Source of the DNA: Basidiobolus meristosporus CBS 931.73 | Taxonomy: Eukaryota > Fungi > Basidiobolomycota | Assembly (NCBI GenBank): GCA_002104905.1 | Contig: MCFE01000553.1 | Span: 1 to 59,103, forward strand | Reading direction: 5' to 3' | Length of the DNA stretch: 59,103 nucleotides | Shown here: positions 42,100-54,182 of the stretch, piece after piece | Layout: every line of letters starts with the position of its first letter | Position numbering within the stretch: position 1 is the first letter of the stretch | Translations under genes and position numbers: made by a program | Notes under the pieces: model-generated | Seen by the model: only the letters and a program-made list of their open reading frames with translations | The model's database searches: none | Told to the model about the DNA's origin: nothing

Positions 42100-43865
42100 C
42101 TACATGGTATATCGGAATTTGGATAGGACGGACTTTCCTTCCAGCTCAACTGTGGGGTCCTTGTTGAGCCTGTTGTTTTGCCTGATGAGGTAGAAACGCA
42201 ACATGGTGGCTGATGCACTTACTAACAAAAGCATGGATAGATTGATCAAGTGACTCTGAAGATAGCGTGGGGCCTCTTCAGCTCGATACAATTGCCCAGC
42301 AAGGATCCCTACGATGGCAAAATGGGTCAGCTGCTGTTGTACACATTGACACCTCTGCTTACCTCCTAGACTTCCTGCGGATGCCCCCAGGGCCGTTGCA
42401 GTTGCGGTCCTGGTGGAGCCAACCATGTTGTTGGTGAGCCAACTGAGGGAGATAGCACTGTAGGAGAAGGTTCCGATTGCAGTGATGCAAGCAGCCATGT
42501 AGAGAGCGTGAACATCCTGGAATACCATAAGCAACACAAAACCAACTACCCCGATTAAAGGCTGTAGTATGACATGGATTGAACGTTTGTGGCGTCGATC
42601 CGACAAGTAAGACATCGATATACTCATGATGGCGGCCAAAATAAACGGTGGTGAGGTTAACAGCAATGCGTTCATGTTCGCAAAGCCCATGTCGCGAAGA
42701 ATCGTTGGCAGGAGAAGGGAAATGGAAGCCCATGGGGTTGCTTGCCCGAAGCAGATCACCATGTACATCCAAATGATCGGGTCCTTGAACGTATCGAGAA
42801 ATTGTTGTTTATCAAACGTCTTCATCGATTTCTCGCGGAAATCATTCTGCAGCCGATGTGCGGCCAGGGCCTTCTCTCTCTCGGTCAACCAACCTGCTTC
42901 ATTCGGGGAGTCCGGCATAAAAAACCAGGTGAAGATTCCGAGGAATATAGTAGGCGTTCCTTCAACGATAAAGAGCCATTGCCAACCCGAGAGATTCGCG
43001 TATCCAGATAGCTGTATAATCCCATACGAAAACACCCCGCCGAAAGCGCTTGCAAGATTGCTGATCGACGTGAACAGAGCAAACCGCAAGCTCTGCTCCT
43101 TGCCCGTGTACCAGAATGTTAGATAAAAGACGAGTCCTGGGAAGAGCCTAGAGATCGATTTGGATCGTGAGCAGGTAGACGATGGGAGATACACTGTTGT
43201 TTGCTTACCCTGCCTCAGAGAGACCTAAAAAAAACCGGATCGCCATCAATCCTGCGAAATTCTGTACAGCTGCCGTGAATACTGTGCATAGCCCCCAAGA
43301 GATCATGATTCTTGAAATCCATTTTGAGGGGCTAAAGCGCTTGAGTAGCAGGTTGGATGGCACCTCGCAAAAAACGTAACCTGAGGGAGTTCATATCTTA
43401 GTGGGGACGGATTGGGAGATTGTGAGGTAGACAGCCCTACTGATATAGAATACAGACAAACAGAGGGAATACTGGCTTGGGGTGAGATTCAGATCCGCTT
43501 CAAGACCGGCCAGCCGCGCACTACCTAAAACTCAGGTTAACTTCATCTCGAGCTCTGCCAGGCTCCACTTGAAATCACCAACCAATATTCGCGCGATCAA
43601 GCACGGCAAACAGATTCAGTATCCCAGCATACACCAGAACTCGAAAGTCAATCTTCTTGACCAATGCCTTCTCTTCCTCCTCTGTGAAATAGTTGTCGTC
43701 TACAATCAGGTCCTCGGTGTGGCGAGACGCGCCTCCAGCCTTCTTGAGAATCCCTCCGGTCACATCCGTGGCGCCCCTGTTCGACTCGTCGGGAATATCG
43801 CCCTCCCTCATCGGGACATCCCCGACCATGTTCCTAGTCACCAAATCAACTTCGTTGCTCTTCAT
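42100..43865 (-). CDS. MFS transporter, anion:cation symporter (Dal5/Tna1-like) family
   Basis: EEKALVKKIDFRVL, LDRANIG, CEVPSN, LSEAG|LFPG, WQWLFIVEGTP, GWLTEREK and C-terminal FRYTM*. About 4 GT-AG introns. Confidence 0.92.
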
Positions 43866-45040
43866 TAATGTGGCAGATCCAACTTGAATTGATGGATGTA
43901 GAACGAGCAGGGCTCGTATTTAAGCAACCCACATTCCATCCGCATGCCACACGTTTTCGCTCTTTTCAGCATGATTCAAGGGAAAACAAAAAGAGGCTAT
44001 GTCACATGGTGCCCTTCGACAATCCATCAGATGTAAGGTGAAGCACCGGACTACCTGGAGAGAGCATTGGCGAATCCACAGGCACCAACTCCTCTACACA
44101 TATTTGCATCGAATCGCTCAAGCCCTTTTCCTAGATATCCATCTCAAATGCCATTAATATCACTACAATAAGTGGCATTGGGCGAAATCAACACCATGCA
44201 CCCTGGGTCGTTTATGCACTTTCCCGCTTGGCTATTACCACCAGAGCTGCAGCGATTGATTGAGAATGGAATCGGTATTAGAGATTGCCCGAAACCCTCA
44301 TTCCAACGAAAGCTCAGTTGTCGTTTCGCGGAACACTATGCGTAGATTTTCCAATAGCCAACTAGGTGTCACATCACAGGGAGGCCAATTTAGAGCCCGC
44401 ATACCCGATCTGAAAACCATGTTTGCTATTGCAAACCTGACTTTCATACAATTACATCGTCAACTGGATGCAATCTCGCATAGGTCACGTACAGTCCGAT
44501 GAATCAATATATCCGACATGTTCTTGACAGAACATCACCTCGGCGCAAATCATATACAATGCATTGTAGCAAGATACTCGATGCGCCACCTTTGTCCTCC
44601 ATGAAGTCACTGGACGCTTGCGAACGAAACCATGATTTGCCTAAAGACCCGGAGCATTCAAAAATTAAAATTCAAGTCCAGGGTTTTGCAGCTGGGCCAT
44701 TAATCCCCGATGTGGGTGGTGGGGCCCTTGTGACACCAAGACACAACCTATGCCAATGATGGCAGTGAGCACTTGGTATGCTAAGGTTATTCGTACTCTC
44801 AGGACTCGGCTGTATGTTGCTTGGGCTGAGAAATAATCAACTGTGCATGATTAAACCCGAACAAACAACATCGATATCGTACAACATCAGATTTGATCAA
44901 CTACAGTCACCATTTCCCAGGACTGTGTCGAGAAGCAATTCCGCAGTAGATATGACTGTGGGAAGATATTATAAATGTTCAGCAAGCAAGTATATTTATT
45001 TGCCCGTGCAAGGGTATTCACTGCCACCTATTAACCAGCA

Positions 45041-46105
45041 ATGCCCTCAAGCAGTACCTACTCCGTTATACAAACCAACCCAGCACAGACTCATCAAGCA
45101 CACGACAATACCCACGAGGCCTGGGATCGCAATTTAACTCCAGAGAAGTTTCATGAGCGAGAGGATCGTCTAGACAACTGTGAATTTGCTCGAGATAATC
45201 TGAAAACATATGCTCTAATCAGAGCGGACAATCCGGAGACGTTGGATCTCCTGTCGCATCTAGAGGTATTCATCCGACCCGCTCTGGTTAGATTTCCTCA
45301 AAACCCCGGTCAGGTGGAGAGGGTCAAAGCAGCCAGCGTCGCTTCGGTTTTCACGCCGAGCAAGTATCGTCAGAACGGATATGCGAAACAGCTTTTGCTT
45401 GGTGTCCTCGATACTCTGCGAAACCAAGGCATTGTCGTGTCGAATCTGTACTCTGATGTTGGGCCCGAATTATACTCCAGGCTAGGTTGGCGCGTCTATT
45501 CACCCGAACATCTTCAAATTGAGGTCGGCCAACGGAACATAGCGCTGTCTGATATAAATTTGAAGCCCCAACCCATCAAAAATGAGCTACTCGGCAAGAT
45601 TGTGCAACGAGATTGCGAGTTGCTAGAGAAGGAGTTTACGTCAAACGCACAACTGGGCCACAGGAAACCTGCGGTTCTACTTTTGCCCACTGAACCGGTG
45701 TATCATTGGTTTTGGGAGCGCAGTAACTTCTACGCAACCGAGGTGGAAAGCCAACCCAAAATATCCAAGCTAGGTGTCTACCTTCCAGGGACTCCCTATT
45801 TTGCCATTTGGTATCCAGATTATCTAGAAAAATCTCTAGTTGTCCTACGGATAAGACTTCCTAAGGATGATCCCAATGCTATCTTTGAAGCATTCATGCA
45901 CCATGCCAAAGAGGAGGCCATCGCACACAAACTAACCCATGTCGTTATCTGGAATTTAGATCACAATGTATGGAAAGGTCGTTATGATCAGGAGCCGGGG
46001 ATCAATTGGATCACTAGAACTGGGGCGCTTTCATCAATGGCATGGATACCTGATTTAAGCCAAGAGGTAGAATGGTACAACAACGAAAAGTTCTGCTGGG
46101 TCTAA
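45041..46105 (+). CDS. GNAT-family N-acetyltransferase (LYC1-like), intronless
   Basis: 354-aa ORF with acetyl-CoA motif A (VASVFTPSKYRQNGYAKQLL) and SNLYSDVGPELYSRLGW, plus a LYC1-like C-terminal region. Confidence 0.85.
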   Translation: MPSSSTYSVIQTNPAQTHQAHDNTHEAWDRNLTPEKFHEREDRLDNCEFARDNLKTYALIRADNPETLDLLSHLEVFIRPALVRFPQNPGQVERVKAASVASVFTPSKYRQNGYAKQLLLGVLDTLRNQGIVVSNLYSDVGPELYSRLGWRVYSPEHLQIEVGQRNIALSDINLKPQPIKNELLGKIVQRDCELLEKEFTSNAQLGHRKPAVLLLPTEPVYHWFWERSNFYATEVESQPKISKLGVYLPGTPYFAIWYPDYLEKSLVVLRIRLPKDDPNAIFEAFMHHAKEEAIAHKLTHVVIWNLDHNVWKGRYDQEPGINWITRTGALSSMAWIPDLSQEVEWYNNEKFCWV

Positions 46106-47608
46106 GAGGACGTTCTGCGATCTTGAAATAAAGCAAGCAACACGCGTTTTTCACGCCATACTACTGGGAGCCTCATTTGGTGTAGATATGTTTGGTATGG
46201 CGAGTCCAGTAAACATGGACGATTTGTCCGGGTCTGTTCAAATATAGGAACAGGGATATGGGCGCATTGGGAGCAGGATTTATTGCATGCCATAGTAATA
46301 CTGGTAACAAACATTACTTTCCAGAATATGCCCGTTGTATTTCGCAATGCCAATGTGGTCGATACTCCCAATACTTGCTCAATTCATGAAGGGAGCATAC
46401 TGGCAATGAGCTCCCTCCACGAATCAGAAGCCAAAAGAGTCGGATGTTCTCAATACATTTTGCTGTTTTAAATACCAATTCTCTGAACCCGTCGAAGCGC
46501 GAAAGCAGCGACGAAAACGGATCATCTTCCTATCATGCTTCATACAGCGGAAGCGTACCATCGAGCCGAGACGTACATATATAGATGGAAAGCCCGACAA
46601 GAAGTCCATTGCCTTGACATTGATAAGTAATTTCGTCAGGAGCGAGCCCTATTGCAGCCAACCTCCCAGACCAGATCTGAGATGGAAGATATTCCTCGAA
46701 CGGAATTATGTATCAAGAATAGCCACTTCTCGTGAATCAAGTGCTGCATCCCCATAGCCCAAATCAATTCGAGGGCATTTGATTGGTGGTGTAATACTGA
46801 TACAACATCACTTGTGAATGGGGCAGCGAATGGGTATCTGCTTCCAAGGCCAACAGGTTAAAAATATGTTGACCAAAAACGTGCGATCGGTAATGAAGGA
46901 TGGGCAATCGCCCAGGACTGCTGATTAAAAGATTGGTGTTTTTTTGCTGAAATCCTCGTGGAATCGCATATGTGGGATCTGATATGAGCCATCGTATGGC
47001 AGGAGCGTTGCAGTAGATATGAAATTGGCGCCTCTTCCTTGTCAATGGCGCCAGCAATGATGGCCTCCTAATGTCGGGCAGCAGAATTCTAGCTTATTGC
47101 TGCTTGCATGAGCAATCAAACACAGCATAATCCAATGATTTGCGGATAAAACTGATCTGCCGACAGGTGCTGAGCCCAGGTATGATTCCCCTAGTCGACT
47201 GGACATCATGATGTCAACTTGGTTTCATATATGAGGTGGGCTTCGCGGCTGTGTATACAAACAGCGCCAAATGATGAGATGCAGTGCTCGGCAGTCTATC
47301 TGAAACCCTGGTCCGGATTTGGAAAGGCTTCCTTGGTGTGTAGTATTTCGACGTACAAGTAAATAGGAAATTTCCTGATGAAACCTCCGTCCCCTTTTGG
47401 AAAACACTGGCTCATCGCCAGAATCTTGATTCATCATATTAGTTTTTAATTATGTGTAAGACGAGGTAAATAGTGAGGTGGATATTTCGGTTCTACAGTA
47501 TGTGTGCCAAATGGTGGCCTTCAGCGAAGCTATTTGGATACATTGGATGTCTAGTGAGTATGAAGAGGATGACGTTATACAGGTGTAATGCATGGAATGC
47601 GGATGGAT

Positions 47609-48478
47609 TTAGACGGACTTCTTGACCCAGAGTTTGTACGTGCCCAAGGCCCCGGAGATGAAGCCGGCCGATACCTGGAAGGTCTCTGAGAAATCGCATT
47701 TGAAGAAGTCGTATCCGCAGAATGCGAGGTCACCTAGCAGTTTGGCTATGCTTATTCCATTCCAATACATCTTGTCCTGAAGTTTGGGTTTGTCAAGTGT
47801 GTAGGATTCGGTATTGATCTGGCGTTGTAAATCCAGGCGGTCTTTAACGAGCTCGTGTATGTCTAACCAAATGGCCACAAACCACAGCTTTGTAGACAGA
47901 GAATCCGATCGCTTTCCCCAGGACTTTGGAACTACGCCCATCTTGCTCAAGCAGAAGATGTCATCGCTGATGCAGTTAACTACCTCCAGTGTGGACTTGC
48001 AGACGCCGTAAACGTATGCAAGTTTTTCACTGCCGTTCATGATGGAGAAATTCTTGTAAGATCCAGCGAAGACATCCTGCACAGTTCCATAGGGCTCCAG
48101 GAAATTTCCTAGCCGTAGGATTTTCCGCGTGCTCGAAAAGGCGCTCACCATTGAACTCATTCGTTTATATACATTCGGGTACCGCTTTGGGTTTTTTAGG
48201 ACAATTAGGAGCAGGAGCTTGCTGAAGTATTGGATCACCTTGAGGAATTTATCGCGTCCATCGGTTAGAAGTAGGCATTTTTTGAATATGGTCAGTGCAG
48301 AGAGCGTGGGCTTTTTAACCACTTTTGTTTCTACCAGCACTGGTTTCTTTTCGTCCATGAGCAATACTGATGTGTCATAGCCCGCTACTGTGTACTCGGG
48401 CGGGAGAACGAGCCCCGTTGGGACCAACTTCTGGGTAGCCGTGTCCAGGGATACGTTTTGAACGAGATCGGATGCCAT
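47609..48478 (-). CDS. PEX11: Peroxisomal biogenesis factor 11 family protein, intronless
   Basis: TDGRDKFLKVIQYFSKLL, FSSTRKILRLGNFL, ISIAKLLGDL and GFISGALGTYKLW are Pex11 motifs. The start could be 48496 or 48478. Confidence 0.87.
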   Translation of the reverse strand: MASDLVQNVSLDTATQKLVPTGLVLPPEYTVAGYDTSVLLMDEKKPVLVETKVVKKPTLSALTIFKKCLLLTDGRDKFLKVIQYFSKLLLLIVLKNPKRYPNVYKRMSSMVSAFSSTRKILRLGNFLEPYGTVQDVFAGSYKNFSIMNGSEKLAYVYGVCKSTLEVVNCISDDIFCLSKMGVVPKSWGKRSDSLSTKLWFVAIWLDIHELVKDRLDLQRQINTESYTLDKPKLQDKMYWNGISIAKLLGDLAFCGYDFFKCDFSETFQVSAGFISGALGTYKLWVKKSV

Positions 48479-50912
48479 TGTGGATTTGTGGGGCAATGCA
48501 AAGGCTGGTTGACGCGAGTTTTCAATACAAAATGAATTGAAAGAAAAGAATGGATGATGAGATGGCAGGAGCAGCCCGTCAATTTATTCAAATGCAAGAG
48601 ATGTCACAAGGAGTGACTTCTCTGGACAGACACCAAATTAAACCACAATTCGAATCTCAAATTGGCGTTATCTATTTTGAGACCAATGAGTCTAATAACC
48701 TAATGGACGAATCATTGTGTTGTTTCTATTGTATCAACGCCCCTAAGAGTGATAATGCACAGCGTCATATATAGTATGCTTCAATTAGCTTTGTGGAATC
48801 CCATTAATAGAGTAGCACATTCGTTGATGGGCAGATCTATACTGCATTCCCATTCCAATCCCAGCATCGATTATTTCTCAATACATTTCTTCTTGCAGCC
48901 ATAGATGAGGTCGTATTGTGAGGGAAAATGCCGATTGCACATGGTGGCCAGCCTTATCATAGTATCCCACGACTAAGATAGAGAAATGGCAGTCCATGGG
49001 TTACACCTGAGTTTACTAGAACCAAGGCCTGATTTCTGTGATTACGCTAGGCCAATAAAGTGTGCTCTGAAAAGCACTTCGCATGGTAACAACTCAGATC
49101 AGCAACATACCTGGATATGGAACCTCGTAGTGAGTTTAAAAAATCCCCAAGTGAAACCGGGTCAAATCGGGAAATGGAAATTGTACTCTGTTTCAACTCC
49201 AAACATCCCTACACCATGCTGATAAGCCCCACCACCAATCTTTGAAACACTCTCCCATATTTGGGTGGATGTTTATGAACTAAATTTGCTTGTGATATAT
49301 TTAGTTGGCACAAACTGCGTGCTATTAATACACGAGTGGTTTGCTCTTGGATGCACGTTTGATGGGCATCAATCGGAAATTGCATTACCCTAGAACGCAT
49401 CTTCGGCGGGTTGGCCTGCTGGCGACTCTTGAATGACCTGACGTATATATGTTGGTTTCTCCGAATATCACTGGCCATGTTTCACGTGACAATAGCGCAG
49501 AGCTTCAGAGGAACCAGTTGAGATCTAGGTCGGTATGCCATCATGGTTGCGATATGACGGTCTGATAGGCCTTATGATAAGCGGCTCTTGAGGTGAAAGC
49601 AATCATTGTTTGTACCAGCCCACAGCTTTTGTCGTTAGGGCATTCCCCACGTGACTGGGTCGGAGCCAGATAGAGTCGCTGCCATCTCTATCTGATGCTG
49701 TAGGCAGTTCATGCAGCCGCGCCTAATTACTTGGGGCCTAATCCTCCAATGTGGTAATAATGGCTGGTACTTCCTAGATGGCAAGCATGCGAACACGGAT
49801 AATTGCGGATCCAACCAGATGATTGGATATCACTTTATCTTCGAAGCGAGTTGCAGAAGACTCGAATGACAAAGATGCTTGCTGAGGTAACGCGCATAGC
49901 CACTTGGAATGGCAATGCCCGATCACGCTGCTATTAGTGACATGAGCGCGCGATATTGGTGGCCCGTAAATTGGCTGGGGTCAGGAATTTATTTTGATGC
50001 GCGCGCCGAATCTACCATCACAGATGTCTCAGGAAAATGTGGGCTCATGTATCGCATAAGCATTACTATTTATCTCAAGGCGCAAATGGAGTAACGCCAG
50101 TTACCCGTCCCATCGATATTGGCACATTAGAGAGGCTAGAGGGGTTTTTACGTTACATGAGCCTGGCTTATCTGGATATGGCCAGCTGCTCCGCTGATTG
50201 TGTACCAGATGGCTCTTCAGTTTGCGCAAAAGCCATTGGATCAAATTTCGAAACTTCCTGACATTCGGCGGAGATGCCCAATCACCCATGGATCAGAGTT
50301 ATAAATAATGATGTAGGAAAAATAGGTCCTTGAACGCGAATCTGGCCAGCTCGGCCTCTGGATCAAGCAGCTATCTTCAATATCGTGGAGTATTTGTAGA
50401 GTTCCATCCCTGTGACTTGGGTGTCATGAAGAATCACCCAATACGTGATGCAGATTTGAATTGGATAGGGTTGATGTTTCACAAGCAAATCGTTGGGTCC
50501 CTTGACGATGATCTACACCAGGTGATTGAAGACACAGATCCGACTACACTATTAATTCGGCATTTAAATAGCTCCGGAGAGTATATGCAGGTTTTCTCAT
50601 AAGTTTGATTAGTACAACGCCATGCTGGAGACCCAGTTAGTACTCAGCTTTTCCCTGACAAAGCAACAAGTTATACAACTTTTACACAAGTGGCGAATGG
50701 TCCACTCTGTCGGACGCAATTAGGTTGGTCAACCATACTCTCCATCCACACATATTTCATAGAAAAGGATAATTTTCAAATACGCCCAATTCCAATCTAG
50801 TTCGCATTGTTTAACTACGTAATAATATGGTTATTTGGAGCGTCGTCGGAAATATTTCCATGGTGGGGTTTCCTCAACTGCATACAAGGTATCCATAAGA
50901 ATTCCTACAACC

Positions 50913-52290
50913 ATGAGTGCCGGTGAACCTGTCAACATTTGTTATTACGTTTCTTGTCACGGTAATGGCACTGATACCTATTGTCACTCTGTGAAACATA
51001 CTTCTGACTTGGTTTCTACCATCACCATGTGCTACGCCGTTCTATAGGTTTTGGCCATTCTACTCGCTCTGCCCAAGTTATTACCAAATTGATCGAACTA
51101 AGCAAGGGAGATGTTTTTGTTACCGTTGTTGCGCACGGAAAAGAATTCTTATTTGAAGAAATGTTGTCGGTATATCCAAGCGCCACCTGGGCGTACCGTC
51201 ATTCGGTGATTGATCCGGTAGTAGAGCAACCACTGCCTTACGACGTCGATCGAATCACCAGTTTAACCAACCTCGAATGTTTCATGGAGCGTTACGAGGA
51301 GAAGGTGGAAGAGGAAGTCGCATGGCTTACCTCCATCAAGGCTAATCTAGTCGTCTCTGATGCACCGTTCTTACCTTGGTTAGTGGCTTTCGCTATTGAA
51401 ACTCTCCGTCGATCTATACAAACTAACCTGTCCTACACAGTGCCGCTGCGCGGCGGTGTAATGTCCCCTGTGTCATAGCAAGCAATTTCACTTTTGATAA
51501 AGTCTACGAAGGACTACTAGCTGGGGACGCATACGACAAAATCCTCCACAAATGGCTCCCAATCATCACAAACGCCTACAAGCAAGCCGACACTCTACTT
51601 CGGATGCCAGGGTTTATTGAGATTCCTGCCTTTCCAAGCAGCAACGATGCCGCGGTCATAGATACGCCGCTCTTTGGTAGAAGGTCCCGCCTTTCCAAGA
51701 TGGAAGTTCTGAAAAGTTTCGGCCTCGCTCGGGAGGATGCCGAGGCCATCCCCAAAGTACTGCTCATCGCCTTTGGTGGTCACAGCATGAAAGAGGAAAA
51801 ATGGAGCCGTGCGTTGCCAGATGGTTGGGTCGGAATTGTTTGTGGTATCAACCCAGCGGAATACAAGCTTCCAGCAAACTTCGTTTGCGCAGACCGTAGC
51901 ACCTATGTCCCGGATTTGGTGAATTGCTCCGACGTTGTCCTTGGTAAACTGGTAAGCAATCAGAGCAACTCCTTGTCCCCCTCCTTTCAATTCCCCACAC
52001 AGTCACTGATTCACCTGTAGGGATTTGGTACATGCACTGAATGTATCCTACACAGGAAGCCTATGCTGTTTGTCAGTCGACCGGCCTTTATCGAAGAGCC
52101 CGGACTACTGTCCATGATGCAGCAGTACGGCGTTGGAATTGAAATACCTCGTGACAACTTTGAGCGTGGGGATTGGCAGGAATTCGTTTTGAATGCGAGT
52201 GAAGCCACCTACGCCGAATCCGATGTGACCGCATTAAGTGGTGATGAGTTCATCGCTAAAAAGCTGTTGGCATTGGGATCAAGTGATTAG
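50913..52290 (+). CDS. Protein resembling the N-terminal glycosyltransferase-B-like domain of plant L-arabinokinase, without the GHMP kinase domain
   Basis: Spliced ICYYVSCHG|FGHSTRSAQV (cf. YYVTGHGFGHATR), LVVSDAPFLP, ASNFTFD, LLIAFGG, YVPDLVNCSDVVLGKL|GFGTCTECI and FVSRPAFIEEPGL. 3 introns. Confidence 0.8.
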
Positions 52291-52889
52291 AGGTCTTACC
52301 TATGCTTCTGAGCGTGATGTCTTGGGCGAAAACCATTGCGTTCATAGAATCGCCATACTTCTGATAGCCTACACTGCATATCTCCGGTATCCTCACCAGG
52401 CCGATGAAGAGGCAAGACTATTTCATGAAGAACATTTCCGGATCAAAATCGATTCCCATCCAATCACTAAATAAAGCCCTATCCATAGATGGCTAACCAC
52501 ATACAGTCCCTTATTTCCCGCACTTCCCTAGCGTGTTCTTGATTAGTCCCCTTCCCTCTTCTCACCAATGGTCGTACTTCAGTACCCTTTGGGCTTTTCT
52601 GGTGATGTACACTCACGGATTGGCTATTTAACACTTGAATGCAGTTTCACGCTTTTCCTACTACACAGGAAACAGAGCTTGAAGCCATGAGGATGAGAAT
52701 CGATGGTGAAGTGATCATCTATCCCTACGAAAAATATCAAACCTGGATTTCAAATGGCATTCTGCTGGTCTTTTTCATTCAAGTTTTCAAGAGTAAATAT
52801 CCCAGGAGTCGATGAGCTGACCAAAACCCCCTAGGACATACGTTCACTTGTCCCTAAGAAGGCTAGAACTTCAAATACTACAAAGTTAT

Positions 52890-53400
52890 TGTTGTAAATT
52901 TCGTAATTACACCTAAATATTCGCTTAAATTTGTCACTTGGATTGCAGTCTACAAATCTAGGATAATTCAGCCCAAATTCCTTGTTGGGATTAACTTTGA
53001 AATCCTTCATGTCCAGGGTACCTGATATTTTGGTGAGAATCTTCAAAGTTGTAAAGACCACAGTTACATTTAATATATCCTCAAGTGCGATCCACCTAAT
53101 CTACTTGTTCTCCCAATCACTTCCAATATCTCCAAAACTCTTACAACTGGTTATGAGCCCAAGCAATCACTCTCCAGAATCTCTACTACTTTTACTGGAA
53201 TCTTTCCCCTCTGCTGAGAAATTGGATGGATCTAACTACTAAGTCTAGTAGATGATGATGATGATGCTTCAGGAAAGAGGCCTTTGGGATATTGTCATGG
53301 GAGAAGAATGCCATCCTAAAGGTGTGGAAGAAGCCTTCTAGTGCCAGAGAAATGAACAAAGTCCCTTTGACTGCATGTCTTAATGTTAACCCTATGAAGA
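52890..53400 (+). mobile_element. Diverged family-1 LTR variant (52890-53148) plus PBS and truncated gag
   Basis: TGTTGTAAATTTCG...CTCTTACAACT, a perfect GGTTATGAGCCC at 53149-53160, then gag remnant EKLDGSNY*...LQERGLWDIVMGEEC. The TATA region is deleted. Confidence 0.85.
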
Positions 53401-53833
53401 ATAATTGTGATGATCCTGTCAAAGGGCTGTCCCAAAATTTTAATCCTGCAACCAAGAGGTATTGATGCAATGAGGGCACTGTGCAAAGACCATCAAAAAT
53501 TCATACCCCAGATTTCACAAAAAACTTGATCAAAATTTCTCATCACAAGAATACTTATGTGACTTTTGATTGGTTCTCTGCCAATTCTGTCACATTCTGA
53601 TCCTATACACTCAATTACCTCCTATGTTAGTGATTATTGATTGGTTATTGCCTCTTTTTAACACTCCTTACTTTGTTACTCAAACAGTGCTTTTACTTTT
53701 CATGCATACAAATTGGTTTATTTCTGTTCAATCTTCAGTTGTAACTCAATTTCCAATTGTACTGTATTGTACTAACCTATACAAGTCCCTGTACCCAGCA
53801 CCAATATTAAAACCAACCTCACACTCAACATAT

Positions 53834-54182
53834 TGTTATAAAAATCTGTAATAATACCTAAATATTCACCTAACTTAGTCACTTAGATCATTACCTTCAA
53901 GTCCTAAAGAATACTGACCAAAATCTTTGTTGGGATTTACTTAGACTATTTTCACCAAAATATCAGGTACCCAGAACATGAAAATTCTCAAGGTTGTCCA
54001 AACATCCCCAAACTTTGCACATATACTCTTGGAACCTTCCTAAGCCTATTCTGTGTGTTTGTTATGCCAATATCATGTAAAAGTATATATACTACCTTTA
54101 CATTCAATAAATCATTAAGTGAAAACCGCATAATCTACTTTTCCCCCCAATCACTTCCAATAACTCCAAGACTCTTAAGATA
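53834..54182 (+). repeat. Family-1 LTR, 5' LTR of element B
   Basis: Full-length match, followed by GGTTATGAGACC (PBS, 54183-54194) and gag. Confidence 0.9.

Noticed and set aside
42359-43126. Long alternative-frame and antisense ORFs over the MFS gene (also over PRP28 10518-11637 and PEX11)
   Set aside because: These are shadow ORFs of real coding exons, with no motifs of their own.
50100-50300. FLRYMSLAY...C..DC resembling a class-3 lipase N-terminus
   Set aside because: No downstream FRG or GHSLG motif found in any frame.
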